Below, piece after piece: positions 26,467 through 39,444 of a DNA stretch of 64,000 nt; the stretch's first letter is position 1; every line of letters begins with the position of its first letter. Origin of the DNA: Squalus acanthias (lineage: Eukaryota); assembly GCA_030390025.1 (NCBI GenBank), contig CM059430.1, forward strand, positions 72,850,001 to 72,914,000, given 5' to 3'. Below the pieces are notes generated by a model that saw only the letters and a list, made by a program, of their open reading frames with translations, had not been told where the DNA came from and did not search any database. Position numbers and translations under genes: made by a program.

Positions 26467-27879
26467 GAGTCCCTGCTGCCAAGAGCTGCGCCCTCATGAT
26501 CGCCAATTTTTGAAGCATGCAGCAGGCCCCCACCTAATGGGACACCCGTTCAGCCGAGTACTGCACGGACCCTTCCGAGCGGTCAAGGCAGCGGAACCAT
26601 GCTTTAGAACCCCAATGGTCTGCTCGATAATGTTCCTGGTGGATAAATGGCTCTCATTATATGAGTGTTGGGCAAGTGTGTTGGGGTTGCGAAGCGGATT
26701 CTTGAGCCAGGTGGGGCGCGGATCACCCCTGTCACCGAGCAGCCTGCCGCGAGCTTGCTGTGCTCGCTGGAAGATTGCTGGCAGATCGGACTGGCGAAGG
26801 ATGAAGGCAATGTGGCTGCTGCCAAGATTGCTGGCATTGACATTGAGGATTCACAGTGCATGGTCGCACATCAGCTACACATTTAGTGAGTAGCAGCCTT
26901 TGCGGTTATGGAAGATATCAGGATTGTTATACAGTGCCTGCAAATCCACGTGAGTGCAGTCGACGGTGCCGTGCAACCATGGGGAAGCCCGCTGTCCTGG
27001 CAAAGCCACATGCGCGCTTATCCTGCTTCTCGCTGCTGATAGAGACGCCAACGTCATTCGTTCACCTGTTGAAGAGAGTCTCAGCGACCTTCCGGATGCA
27101 GCAATGCATGGCGAACTGTGAGATGTTAGCTATGTGTCCTCCTGCAGATTGGAAGGCTCCACTGGCAAAGAACTTGAGGGCCACAGTGACATTGAATGCT
27201 ACTGATAGAGCCGTGTTCGCTCTGCTCTGAGGCTAAATTTCTGGTTGCAGGAGGAAACAGATTTCTGTGATCACTTCGTTGGTGAAGCATAGCCTCCAAA
27301 GAAACTGTTCCTCGCTTACTTGGAGGCAGGAAGAGTGCTGACGGACGACCCCAGGTGGGTAACGCAACCCGTTGACAACCCTCATCCTCTTCCCTCTACA
27401 CGCATGCTCTTGTCTTCCTCGCTGACTTCTCTCCCTCTGCTCTAGATCTTGGAAGGCGAGGTCGTCTGCCAGTACAGCCGCGTGACAGTGAGCAGAAGCC
27501 TTTGCAAAATAATGAGGGAGTTCTTCACTTGAAACAACACTCCCTTTGACAGAATAACCTTGGAAAAAGTAAAGCTAGTTGTTGGAATTGCTGGAAGTAG
27601 AACACAGCTACTGAAACTGCGAAACCCTGTCAGGTGCAGCTCATTGCTGATGATCGTTTTAAATATCGTTGCTGAAGTTCCCTTCCTGCTCTCACTGTCA
27701 TTTAGACATTCCTGTAATTTCAATGGCGAGAACGAATACTGTAGATCGGCCATTAGCTGGCTGAAGAGCGGACATAGGCACCTTTTCGACATTTCGCCAC
27801 GTGAATCGTAGTCGCAAACCATCCGAATTTCTAGGCCGATGCTCCCACGGTCATGTTAATTAGGTAATTGCATATTTTG

Positions 27880-29215
27880 GGTGCTGTGATGTTTAGGGTG
27901 GTGGATTGGCTGCCGATCAAAGGACCGGTTTGTCCTTGACACTATAGAGTCTGTTGAGCGTTATTGCAGCTGTCCACGCAAGTGGAGAGCATGAGCAAAC
28001 TCTTCTGCCTTACGCCTTGGAGGTGGAGCAGAGGCTATGGGTGGAGGTGAGCTGCTCGTCACAGAATACCCAGCATCTGACCTGTTCTTGTAGCCACGGC
28101 GTTTATGTGGCTTGTCCAGTTGAGTTTCTGGTCATTGGTAAACCCTAATATATTGATGGTGGGGGATTTGGTGTTGGAAATGGATTTGAATGTCAAGCAG
28201 GGATGTTTATACCCTCACTTGTTGCAGTTGGTCGTTGCCTGGCACTTGAGTGGCGCGAATATAACGTGCCACTTATCAGGCCCAGTCTGGATGTTGCCCA
28301 TTTCTTGCTGCATATGGGCATGGACTGCTTCCTTATCTGAGGAATTGTGAATGGAAGTTAACACTACAATCATCAGCTAACAGTTTCTCTTCTGACCAAA
28401 GGTCATTCGTTAATCTACTGAAGATAGTTGGCGCTAGGGGACACGGCCCTGTGGCACTGGTAAGAATATAAGAACATAAGAAATAGGAGCAGGAGCAGGC
28501 CATTCGGCCCCTCGATCCTGCTCCGCCATTCAATATGATCATGGCTGATCATCCAACTCAACTCCACTTTCCCGCCCGATCTTCCCCTAGATTCCAAAAA
28601 TCTATCTATCTCAGCCTCCTGCAGCGAAATGCTGAGCCTCAGATAATTGGCAGCCAGCAGCCAAAACCATCTTGCTGCTAGATAGTTAACCAGCCATTGG
28701 AGTGTTTTTCCCCTGACCGCCATTTTCTTCAGTTGGTGTCACACTCGTTCGAATACAGGCTTGATGTCCAGGACAGTCACTCTCAGCTCATCTTCGGAAT
28801 TCAGCTCTTGTCCATCATTGATCACGGGCTGCAGTGAGGTCAGAGCTTACTGCTCCTGACGAAAGATAAATTAAGGAATAGTGAACAGGTTATTGATGAG
28901 TACGTGGCTTTTGGTAGCACTATTTCCGAGTCCTTCAATAATTTTGCTGATGATTGAGAACAGGCTCATATTATGGTAATTTTCCGCTTGCATTTTCTTG
29001 CTTTTTGTGAACACAAAATAAATGGGTAGGTGCCAGTGTTGCAGCTGTAATGGAACAGCTTGTCTCGTTGCAGAGCTAGTTCTGGAGCACTGTCTTCAGC
29101 TGCACAGAAGGGACATTTTTGGGACACACAGATTTAGCTGAGTCCAATGCACTCAACGTTCCTTGATATTCTGTGAGGTGATGAGAATTGGCTTCAGACT
29201 GGCATCTGTGATGTT
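27880..29215 (-). mobile_element. Old LINE RT fragment with a short CR1 3' tail inserted at ~28463-28616; a related plus-strand fragment lies at ~42505-43660
   Basis: Degenerate RT motifs (GKTLQWL, LLADD, VWHQG). Confidence 0.65.
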
Positions 29216-29334
29216 TGGTAGCTGAGGAGGAAGCCGAGAAATACATTATAAATGGTAGGACACCTCGACGTGCAGAAGATCAGAGGGACCTTGGAGTGCA
29301 TGTCCACAGATCCTTGATGGTAGCAAGACAGGTA

Positions 29335-32300
29335 AACATAGAAGATAGGAGCCGGGGTAGGCCATTCGGCCCGTCGAGCCTGCTCCGCCATTCGATGAGA
29401 TCATGGCTGATCATCCAAACTCAGTACCCTGTACCTGCCTTCTCCCCATATCCCTTGATATCTTTAGGTTTAAGAAATATTTCTAACTCATTCTTGAATA
29501 TATTTAATGACTTGGCCTCAACTATCTTCTGTGGTAGAGAATTCCACAGGTTCACCACTCTCTGGGTGAAGAAATGCTTCCTCATTTCTGTCCTAAATGG
29601 CTTACCCCTTATCCTTAGATTATGACCCCTGGCTCTGGACTATCCGACCATCGGGAACATTCTTCCTGCATCTAGTTTGTCCAGACCTGTCAGAATTTTA
29701 TATGTTTCGATGAGATCCCCTCTCATTCTTCTATACTCCAGCGAGTTTAAGCCCAATCGAACCAATCTCTCCTCATATTTCATTCCTGCCATCCCAGGTA
29801 TCAGCCTTGTGAATCTTCGCTGAACTCCTTCCATGGCAAGAACATCCTTCCTCAGATAAGGCGACCAAAACTGCACACAGTATTCAAGGTGTGGTCTCAC
29901 AAAGGCCCTGTACAACTGCAGCAGGACATCCGTGTTCCTATACTCAAACCCTTTCGCTATGAAGGCATAATACCATTTGCCTTCTTCACCGCCTGCTGCA
30001 CCTGCATGCTTACCTTCAGCGACTGGTGCACAAGGACACCCAGGTCTCGTTGCACTTCCCCTTTTCCCAATCTATTGCCATTCAGATAGTAGTCTGCCTT
30101 TCTGTTTTTGACACCAAAGTGGATAACCTCGCATTTATCCACTTTATATTGCATCTGCGACGCTTCTGCACACTCTCCCAACCTGTTCAAATCATACTGG
30201 AGTTTCCCAGTATCCTCCTCGGAGCACACACGCCCACCCAGCTTTGTGTCATCTGCAAACTTGGAGATATTACATTTAGTTCCCTTATCCAGATCATTAA
30301 TGTATATTGTGAATAGCTGGGGTCCAAGGATCGAACCCTGCGGCACTCCACTAGTCACTGCCTGCCATTCAGAAAAAGACCCATTAATTCCTACTCTCTG
30401 CTATCTGCCCGCCAACCAGTTCTCTATCCAAGTCAATACCTTGCCCCCAATCCCGTGTGCCTTAACTTTACACGCTAATCTCTTATACGGGACCTTATCG
30501 AAAGCTTTTTGAGAGTCCAAATACACCACATCTACTGGTTCTCCCTTATCTATTTTCGCAGTTACATCCTCAAAAAATTCCAGTAGATTATTCAAGCACG
30601 ATTTACCTTTTGTAAATCCATGTTGACTTTGTCTGATCCTGTCACTGTTTTTCAAGTGCTCAGCTATTACATCCTTTACAATGGACTCGAGCATTTTCCC
30701 CACTACCAATGTCAGGCTTACCGCTCTGTAATTCCTTGCTTTCTCTTACCACCCTTTTTGAATATTGGTGTAACATTAGCTACCCTCCAAACCATGGGTA
30801 CAGTTCCAGATTCCATTGAATGTTGGAAGATGATCAGCAATGCATCTACTATTTCTAGGGTCACTTCCTTAAGTACCCTAGGATGTAGATTATCAGGCCC
30901 TGGCGATTTATTGGCCTTCAATCCCGTCAATTTCCCTAACACCATTTCACTGCAAATACTGATTTCTTTCAGTTCCTCCCTTTCATCAGACCCTATGTTC
31001 TCCAACATCTCTGGGAGGTTATTTGTGTCCTCCTTTTTGAAGACAGAACCAAAATATGCTTTTAATTTGTCTGCCATTTATTTGTTCCCCAATATAACTT
31101 CCCCCGCTCCTGACTGAAAGTGACCTACACTTGATTTCACTAATCTTTTTCTCTTCACATATCTATAATAGCTCTTTCAGTCAGTTTTTATGTTCCCTGA
31201 AAGCTTACTTTCATATTCTATTTTCCCCTTCTGAATTAATCCCTTTGTCCTCCTTTGTTGAATCCTAAACTGCTCCCAATCCTCAAGGTTACCGCTTTTT
31301 CTGGCCAATGTATATGCCCTCTCCTTGGATCTTATGCTATCCCTAATTTCCCTTGTTAGCCACGGTTGAGTCACCCTTTTTGTTTTATTCCTATGCCACA
31401 CTGGGCTGAACAAATTCTGTAGTTCATCCATGCAATCTTTGAATGTTTGCCATTGCCTATCCACCGTCAACCCTTTGAGTGACATTCCCCAATCAATCCT
31501 ACCCAATTCGCGCCTCATACCATCGAAGTTTCCTGAATTTAAATTCAGGACCTTAGTCTCTGATTCAACTACTTCACTCTCCATCCTAATGAAGAATTAT
31601 ATCATATTATGATCACTCTGACCCAAGGGGCCCCATACAACAAGATTGCTAATTAATCCTTTCTCGTTACATAATACCCAGTCTAAGATGACCTGATCTC
31701 TGGTTGGTTCCTCGACATATTTTTCCAGAAAACAATCCCGTAAACATTCTAGGAATTCCTCCTCCACAGTATTTTTACTAATTTGGTTAGCCAAATGTAT
31801 ATTTAAATTAAAGTCACCCATGATGACTGCAGTGCCCTTACTGCATGCTTCTCTAATTTCCCTTTTAATGCCATCCCCACACTCCGTGTTACTGTTTGGA
31901 GGTCTATATACCACACCCACTAACGTTTTCTGCCCCTTGTTATTACTCATTTCTACCCATACTGATTCCGCATCATCAGAGCTAATACCCTTCCCTTCAA
32001 TTGTGTTAATCCCCTCTTCAACCAGCAATGCTACCCCACCTCCCTTTCTTTTTTGCCTATCTTTCCTAAATATTGAATACCACTGGATGTTGAATTCCCA
32101 GCCTTGGCCAACCTAGAGCCATGTTTCTGTAATCCCAATCAAATCGTAATAATTTACCTCTATTTGCGCAGCTAATTCATCCACCTTGTTCCGAATGCTC
32201 CTTGCATTAAGACACAAAGCCTTCAGGCTTGTTTTTTTAACGCTCTCAGATCTATATGAATTATTATTTACTGTGACCATGTTTGATTTAAACCGTTGAG

Positions 32301-34090
32301 TTCTTTGCCTTCGACTTTTGTTTTTCTCCTTCCTGTCTTTTGCTTTTATCCTTGTTTCCCTTTCCTCTGTCTCCCTGCTCAGGTTCCCAAACCCCTGCCA
32401 CTTTAGTTTAAACACTCCCCAACAGCACTAGCAAGCACTCCCCCTAGGACATCGGTCCCGGCCCTGACCAGGTGCAGACCGTCCCGTTTGTACTCGTCCC
32501 ACCTCCCACCGAACCGGTTCCAATGTCCAAGGAATTTGAATCCCTCCCCCTTGCAGCATTGCTCTTGCCACGTATTCTTTTGAAATATCCTCCTATTTCT
32601 ACTCTGACTAACACGTGACACTGGTAGCAATCCTGAGATTACTACCTTTGAAGTCCTATTTTTTAATTTACCTCCTAACTCCCTATATTCTACTATTAGG
32701 ACCTCATCCCGTTTTTTACCTATATCGTTGATGGCTATGTGCACCACGACAACTGGCTGTTCGCCCTCCCCCTCCAAAATGTTCTGTAGCCGCTCCGAGA
32801 CGTCTTTGACACTTGCACCAGGGAGGCAACACACCATCCTGGAGTCTCGTTTGCGGCCGCAGAAACGCCTATCTATTCCACTTACAATTGAGTCCCCTAT
32901 CACTATCGATCTTCCACAATTTTACCTCCCAGCCTGTGCAGCAGAGCCTCCTATGGTGCCAGGAAGTTGGCTGCTGCTGCCTTCCCCGTATAAGTCATCC
33001 CCCCCAACAGTGTCCAAAGTGGCATATCTGTTTGATACGCGGGTGGCCACAGGGGACACTTGAACTACCTGCCTGCACCTCTTACTCTGCCTGGTGGTCA
33101 CCCATTCATTTCCTGCCTGTGCACCCTTTGCCTGTGGTGTGACCAACTCGCTAAACGTGCTATCCCCGACGGTCTCAGCGTCGCGAATGCTCCAATATGC
33201 ATTCATACGCAGCTCCTGCGCCGCAATGCGGTCTATCAGTAGCTGCAGCTGGATACACTTCCCACACACATGGTCGTCAGGGACACAGGAAGCATTCCTG
33301 ATTTCCCACATATAGCAGGAGTAGCATATCATGGGGCGGAGCTCTCCTGCCATGACTTACCCTTCAATTAATGAATTAAAATTAAATTAAATGAATCCCA
33401 CCAATTTCACTTCAATTAAATGGTATACTCAAGGGCCCTTTCCCGACACTGGCCTCTGTAAAAAGCCCACGAAAGTGAGTTTAACTATTCACTGTGCTGC
33501 TGCTCTCTCCGCTCCCGACCCGACACTGGCCTCTACAAAAAGCCCGCGAAAGTGAGTTTAACTACTCACAGTGCTGCTGCTCTCTCCGCTCCGACACTGG
33601 CCTCTGTAAAAAAGCCCGCGAAAGTGAGTTTAGCTACGCACCGTGCTGCTGCTCTCTCTGCTCCCGACACTGGCCTCTGCCAAAAAGCCCGCGAAAGTGA
33701 GTTTAACTACTCACAGTGCAGCTGTTCTCTCTACTCCTGATACTGGCCCCTTTAAAAAAGCCCGCGCAATAAACTTAAAAACTTAAATAAAACACACACC
33801 TGCAACTCACCAATCAGCGCTCTCCCTCTAGTAATGGGCTATGAACTACTAAGCAGAAATGCACTTAAAACTGAACAAAAAACTTAACAGAAAATACCCA
33901 CCAGCTACTCACGAATCAGCTCCCCTCTGACCACCTCACTTCTGAATTCTGACGTAGCTCCTGTTCTGAGTTCCTCTAGCTGACTCTATGCCTCTCACTG
34001 GTCCGCCGCTCAGCACAGGTCCCAGACCTCCTCTCCGCGCTCCTTTTCTGCTTCTCTCGCTGACTCTGCCTCTCGCAGGTCCGCCGCTCA
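29335..34090 (-). mobile_element. Full-length CR1 LINE (5' UTR, ORF1, ORF2), with scattered stops and frameshifts
   Basis: ORF1 ~33353-32403 has a CxxC..CxxC knuckle and a GDS-type esterase-like domain. ORF2 has APE motifs (LNARS, ITETWL, YRPP, GDFN, SDH) and RT motifs. Nested inside another CR1. Confidence 0.95.
33443..33766. repeat. ~72-bp tandem repeat (~4.5 units) in the CR1 5' region
   Basis: ccgacactggcctct..aaaagcccgcgaaagtgagtttaactac.. starts at ~33443, 33520, 33591, 33664 and 33736. Confidence 0.93.
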
Positions 34091-35990
34091 GCTAGATAAG
34101 CTAGATAAGGTTGTTAAGAAGGCATACGGGATACTTGCCTTTATTACCCGAGGCATAGAATTTAAGAGCAGGGAGGTTATGCTTGAACTGTATAAAATAC
34201 TAGTTAGGCCACAGCTAGAATACTAGGTGCAGCTCTGGTCACCACATTACAGGAATGATGGGATTGCACTGGAGGGGGTTAAGAGGAGATTTACGAGCAT
34301 GTTGCCTGGGCTTGAGAACTTTATCTATGAGGAAAGATTGGATAGGCTGTGGTTGCTTTATTTGGAACAGAGGAGGCTGAGGGTGGACCTAATTGAGGTT
34401 TATAAATTTGTGAGGGGCCGAGAACGTGTGGATAGGAAGGACCATTGATGTCAATGATGGGCTATTCTACAGGGGTGAGATTTTGCATTGTATCAGGAAC
34501 ACGCCTGTGTTGCTTGTTGTGAGCCAGCTTCCAAGGAAGAAGAGTTGAATTGGAGTAATATATATCCTGGACAATGAGTTTCAACTGATCCCATGTATAA
34601 CTCAGCTTACGAATGTGTGCACGATGACAGGAAAAATTAGATAATTAGGGCAAGAAAGAGAAGTGGCTGTGAGGGCAGCAGAAGCTTTTGCGGGCGTGAG
34701 GGTAAGCAAACTGGAGGTGCAGTAAGATCTTATGGGCAGCTAGTGCAATTGGGGGTCAGATGGATTAAGAATACTGAGATGAAAGTAAACTCCTTCACGG
34801 TAGTGCAGAGAGTATGAGAGAAATGACGGCGAACTTTACATTGGCAGTTCTGATGAGATCATTAATGCCAATAATTACCACGGCTGTTCGGCTGAATGTA
34901 TGATGCTAGTTCGGTTGAAAACTGAGGAAACCCTGCGGAAATTCTAAACTAAAGTGTGTTTCTGCACGGCAGCCTGGTCCGGGAGATAATGCTGATCACA
35001 TTAATATATGATGCCATCTCTTGTCATGCCCATATCCCAGGCAGCTTTAGTGCAGGCAGTGGACATTGGAAGTGGACGTCCTTCGTATTGAGTATTTGCT
35101 CCACCAGCATTTACAGAGCTGTATGTGAACGCCTCTGGTCCTTGAATTAATTGTTCTTAGCTTCAGACATCACCCTGAAGCACACCGCGTTGTTTCCTTG
35201 TTTCGGTCAAAAAAGATGCAGCTCCCCATTAAGCTGCTCTAGCACTTAACAACACTCAGCAGCACATGATTTCCCACTTTCTAATCGGCGAAATGCCTAC
35301 AGAAATCACGATTCGTGCTGGCAGTTCAGCTCAACCTGCTAATGCAGGACAACAGAGAAGCTGGGAATGTTTTACCGGCTCCTCTTCTCGTTGACTGTTG
35401 CTATCACCCCGCTCACCTTCCCGCCATTGCCTCGAAGTACAACTTGCAATTATACAGCGCATTTAAAGTAACAAGGGGGAAAAATTCAGTTGGTTGCGCC
35501 TCCCGTTAGCGCCTTAAGAGGGCGCTAATGGGGCGCAAAGCCGCTAGCGCCCGGGCGCAGCGATGTTTGCGCCGCTCGGGAACTTAACTAGACATTGTGC
35601 GGCGGCGCTAAACGTTACCGCCGCGACTACCTGCGCGCGCAGATTGTGACGTCATTCCATGGTGCAACGCTCTTGTGGCACCCCGGAGTGGAAATTGAGT
35701 GGCGCCCCCTGCCTTACCGCCTGGCGCATCCAACGACCGGAAGACTGGAACGCTATCAATCGCTGTGGGGCTGGGGGGTGGGGGGCGCTATTTAAAGGGG
35801 GCCTCTTCCTGTCTTTTTCTGTGGTTGACATTTTTGCACCACTCGTTCTGAGAGAGAGAGAGAGATTCGGAGAGAGAGAAAGAGAGACTTCTTCATTGAG
35901 TCAACGCTTTGTGAGGTAGTTTTGCCTACTGATCCTAACTTCGCTGGTACTTTGGTTGCTGTCCTTCATAACTTTGCTTGCAAAGAGACT

Positions 35991-37072
35991 ATGGGGGCTG
36001 CACTGAATGGGGGCGTCGTCGTGCTCCAGCTGAATCGGAGGTCACAGAGACGCAGAGAGAGAGTGGCAATGATGGCCAGACGGAGGAGGGCCAACAGGCG
36101 TATGTACAGGAGAGCTTACCCTCCCAGGGTATATCGTGAACAGCTCTCCTACATTCATATGTCTGAGGAGCTGTGTTTGCGAAGGCTGCGATTCAGCAAG
36201 GAGGTGGTCACTGAGCTCTGCCACCTGCTGCAGCCAGATCTGCAGCCTCAACTGAGGTCCAGGACGTCACTGTCGGTGGCAGTGCACGTCACAGTGGCTC
36301 TCAACTTCTATGCTACTGGCTCATTTCAAGCTGCTGCTGGGGACCTCGCAAATATCTCCCAGTTCGTGGTGCATTGCTGCATCCGGCAGGTCACAAATGC
36401 CCTCTTTAAAAGGAGACGAGAGTTCACCTCTTTCCCCATGACCCCAGACAAGCAGCGTGACCGCGCTCTGGGCTTTGCGAGGATAGCGGGCTTCCCCATG
36501 GTGCAGGGCGCCATTGACTGCACGCATGTGGCTTTGCGTGCTCCACATGAGAATGCCGAGGAATTCCGGAACAGAAAGGGGTTCCATTCCTTGAATGTTC
36601 AGTTGGTCTGTGACCACAGACAGCTGATACTCGCTGTCAATGCCCACTATCCTGGCAGCTGCCACGAAGCTTTCATCCTGCGCCAGACTACTGTGGCAGA
36701 ACTTTTCGAGGCACCGCATCAGCCAGTTGGTTGGCTTCTCGGGGACAGGGGTATCCATTGAGCAACTGGCTGATGACACCGCTCCATACGCCCATCACCC
36801 CTGCAGAGCTGCGGTACAACGAGAGCCATCAAGCTACCAGGAACATCATTGAGCGCACAATCGGCGTGCTGAAGCAACGGTTCCGCTGTCTCGACCATTC
36901 TGGAGGAGCCCTGCAGTACTCGCCTGAGCGAGTATCCAACTTCGTAGTTGTGTGCTGCATGTTGCATAACATGGCAATCGTCAGGACCCAGCCAATGCCA
37001 CCAGGCTTTGGAGCACCACCAGAGGAGGAGGAGGAAGAGGAGGAAGAGGACGAGGAGGATGATCATCAGTAG
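35991..37072 (+). CDS. Harbinger DDE transposase (HARBI1-like family), single -1 frameshift
   Basis: GFPMVQGAIDCTHV, NRKGFHSLNVQLVCD, LLGD(R)GYPL, RNIIERTIGVLKQRFRCL and an acidic tail. The frame break is in the G4 run at 36748-36751; G5 would restore GDRGYP. Confidence 0.93.
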
Positions 37073-37463
37073 CACCAAGGCGGGAGGGCGGCCCACAATG
37101 GTGAAACTGCAAGGGCCGTCCGTCAACGGCTGATAGCAAGCCGCTTCTAGGGCCCCTGCTGTGGAAATGGCTTCTGCCATTGCTAACAACATCAATGAAC
37201 CCAGCACGCAATCCCTCAGCCGGCCAAGGCACCAATGATTCCAAACACCAAACATGTATATTTTGAATACAAAAACTTATTTATTTTACAAACTCTGTGT
37301 GTGTCATTTCCTCATGACAAACTCATAGAAATAAACAGAAAAACATCAGTCATTAACATAACTGGTTCTCACAACCTGGAGATAATGTCCAAAACACTAG
37401 ACAAAAGTTGGACCACGAACCTCGGCCTTTAATAAAAAAATGACCAGCATTTTTTCACACCTC

Positions 37464-39444
37464 CTACTTTTTGCCCATCGAGGGTGATCTCCTTCCCTTG
37501 CGCACTTCCCCCCTTCTAACCCTACTGCTCCTCCGTAATGGGACCTCAGTGGCTGCAGCAAGGCTGGTGGAAGGCTGCTGATTGTCAGACCCTGACACTG
37601 CAGATGCCCCTGAAGGACGGCCTCGACCAGTTCTGGGCCTGGATTGCCCGGCTGCAGACTGCACCAACTCTGCATGGGCGGCAGCAGTCTGTCCTACAGG
37701 TGGTGGCAAGTGCAGTGGAGAAGTGACAGTGTTGGCAGCAGGAATGCTGTCATCGTGAGGGAGGACAGCAACTCCCTGCTCGCCCGACACACTGGCACTC
37801 CCACGGGGCAGCACTTCAGCATCCGGAGCAATCTGCTGGAGCACAGATTGCTGGCCTGCTGCGGCGCGGTGAGAGCCCTGGGGACATGTGAACGAACCAT
37901 CGAGCTTGGCAGCAGTCAGTGCTCGCGTGGCCTCAATCTGAGTCTGCATGAGAGCAGTCAGAGATGGGATCACGGCAGTCAGTGACTGAATTGCAGCACT
38001 AAGCGTTAGTGTGGCATCCGCCTGTGCTACAGCGAAGTGCTCCACACTCCTTGCCAGTGACTCAATGCATTCGGGCACCCTTCCCACTGCACCCATGAGC
38101 TCAGTGTGCATGCCCACCGCCTGGGTGTTCATTTCTGCGATCAGCCGCTCCTCCTCTGCGTCCATTGCAGTAGGAGTCGCTGGCATACTCTCCCTCTGGG
38201 GAGAAGGCCCCCGTTCTTCCCTACCCCCATGGCGTTGCTGCAGCCCGCTGGGTCCTGGAGCTTCACCCTCATCAGACCCTTCCCCCCTGCTCCCCTCCAG
38301 GGAAGGCGTGTTCCCAGTGTGGGCATGGGCTTCCTCGGGAGAGGGTGGCACTGATGCTCCGGCTTCCTCTTCATTCTCGGCTGCAGCTTCACTCCCACTG
38401 GCAGCTTCAGGGCCCGTCTCCTCAGCTGGTGAATCACCATCTGAAAGCAGGGAGGTACAAGAGTGGCTTTAGCGTGAGGACAGGGTGGCAGTAAGGGAGG
38501 AATAAGTGCAGCGAGTTAGCAAGTTGGATTGAAAGTGTCAAAGGCTGGTGTTGTGAGGGACAAGTGGAAGGACAGAGGACAAAAAGGTGATGACCTTACA
38601 TTGCTGTCCAGAATGGGGTCGGCGTCTCCAGTGGCGACGGGACCGATCACCCGGCTTGCCACAATCCTGTGGACGCGCTCCTCAAGATCGTTGAGGGGTT
38701 GCAGCTGAGGCCGCCCTCCACCTGTCCATTGCTGCTGTCTCCTATTATGCGCCAGCTTGGCCTGCAAGTAAAAGGACAGCATCTGAGTAAATATACAGCC
38801 ATGGTCTTGCCTGATGTGCCTCCCATAGGTGAATAGCCCTTACTGTATGCAGCCATGGTCTTGCCTGATGTGCCTCCCATAGGTGAATAGCCCTTACTGT
38901 ATGCAGCCATGGTTTTGCCTGATGTGCCTCCCATAGGTGAATAGCTCTTACTGTATGCAGCCAGGGTCTTGCCTGATCTGCCTCCCATAGGTGAATAGCC
39001 CTTACTGTATGCAGCCATGGTCTTGCCTGATGTGCCTCCCATAGGTGAATAGACCTTACTGTATGCAAAGTGTGGAATGTGTGTGTGTGTTTCATGAAAG
39101 GGCCATAGGTGTTGGATGAGTGTTGTGCATTGGGGTTTTAAGACCCTCTGGCCATAGAGTGAGGTTGAGATGGAGGGATGGAGAGGTATTGAGAAAAAGC
39201 CACTCACCCTGACGACCCGAGTGAGGTCGTTGAACTTTTTGCGGCATTGAACATGGGTCCTGGGCACCATGCTCCTGGAGGAGATGCTCTGAGCCACCTC
39301 CCTCCACACTCTTCTGTACTCACGTGGCAAAGGCCTCCTGCCACTCTCAGGGAAGAGTATACATCTTCCGCGCTCCACCGCACCAACAAGAGCATCCAAG
39401 GCCCGCTCGGTGAAGCGCTGAGCTCGTTCTCTCACCCTCTCCAT
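37464..39444 (-). CDS. Harbinger Myb/SANT-like (trihelix) DNA-binding protein, 3 exons
   Basis: Exons 39444-39208 (RF..AL..LV..V ... W.EVA ... QCRKKFNDL), 38761-38600 (TGGG motif) and 38440-37464. The exon 2 donor is 1 nt short of the phase-1 junction seen in the related copy near 22767. Confidence 0.88.
38795..39064. repeat. 54-bp minisatellite x5 in intron 1 of the Harbinger Myb gene
   Basis: Unit gcagccatggtcttgcctgatgtgcctcccataggtgaatagcccttactgtat starts at 38795, 38849, 38903, 38957 and 39011. Confidence 0.97.

Larger units (their letters stand above)
22000..27837. mobile_element. Decayed Harbinger (Myb gene + at ~22147-23990; transposase - at ~24170-24335 and 26467-27430), split by a CR1
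   Basis: WRELADHV..RTQTQCRKKFNDL on the plus strand; reverse-complement transposase motifs (GFPM, CDH, acidic tail) flank the CR1; terminal gaatttctaggcc at ~27825-27837. Confidence 0.85.
29235..34445 (+). mobile_element. Host CR1 fragment split into 29235-29334 and ~34103-34445
   Basis: The frame ...QRDLGVHVHRSLMVARQV|DKVVKKAYGILAFI... continues across the insertion. Confidence 0.88.

Noticed and set aside
33443-39064. CRISPR-like arrays (72-bp and 54-bp repeats)
   Set aside because: Head-to-tail units with no unique spacers, inside eukaryotic transposons.
35991-39444. Domesticated host genes HARBI1/NAIF1
   Set aside because: Both genes lie between TIRs with a TSD and have several decayed relatives in the window, so they are transposon genes.
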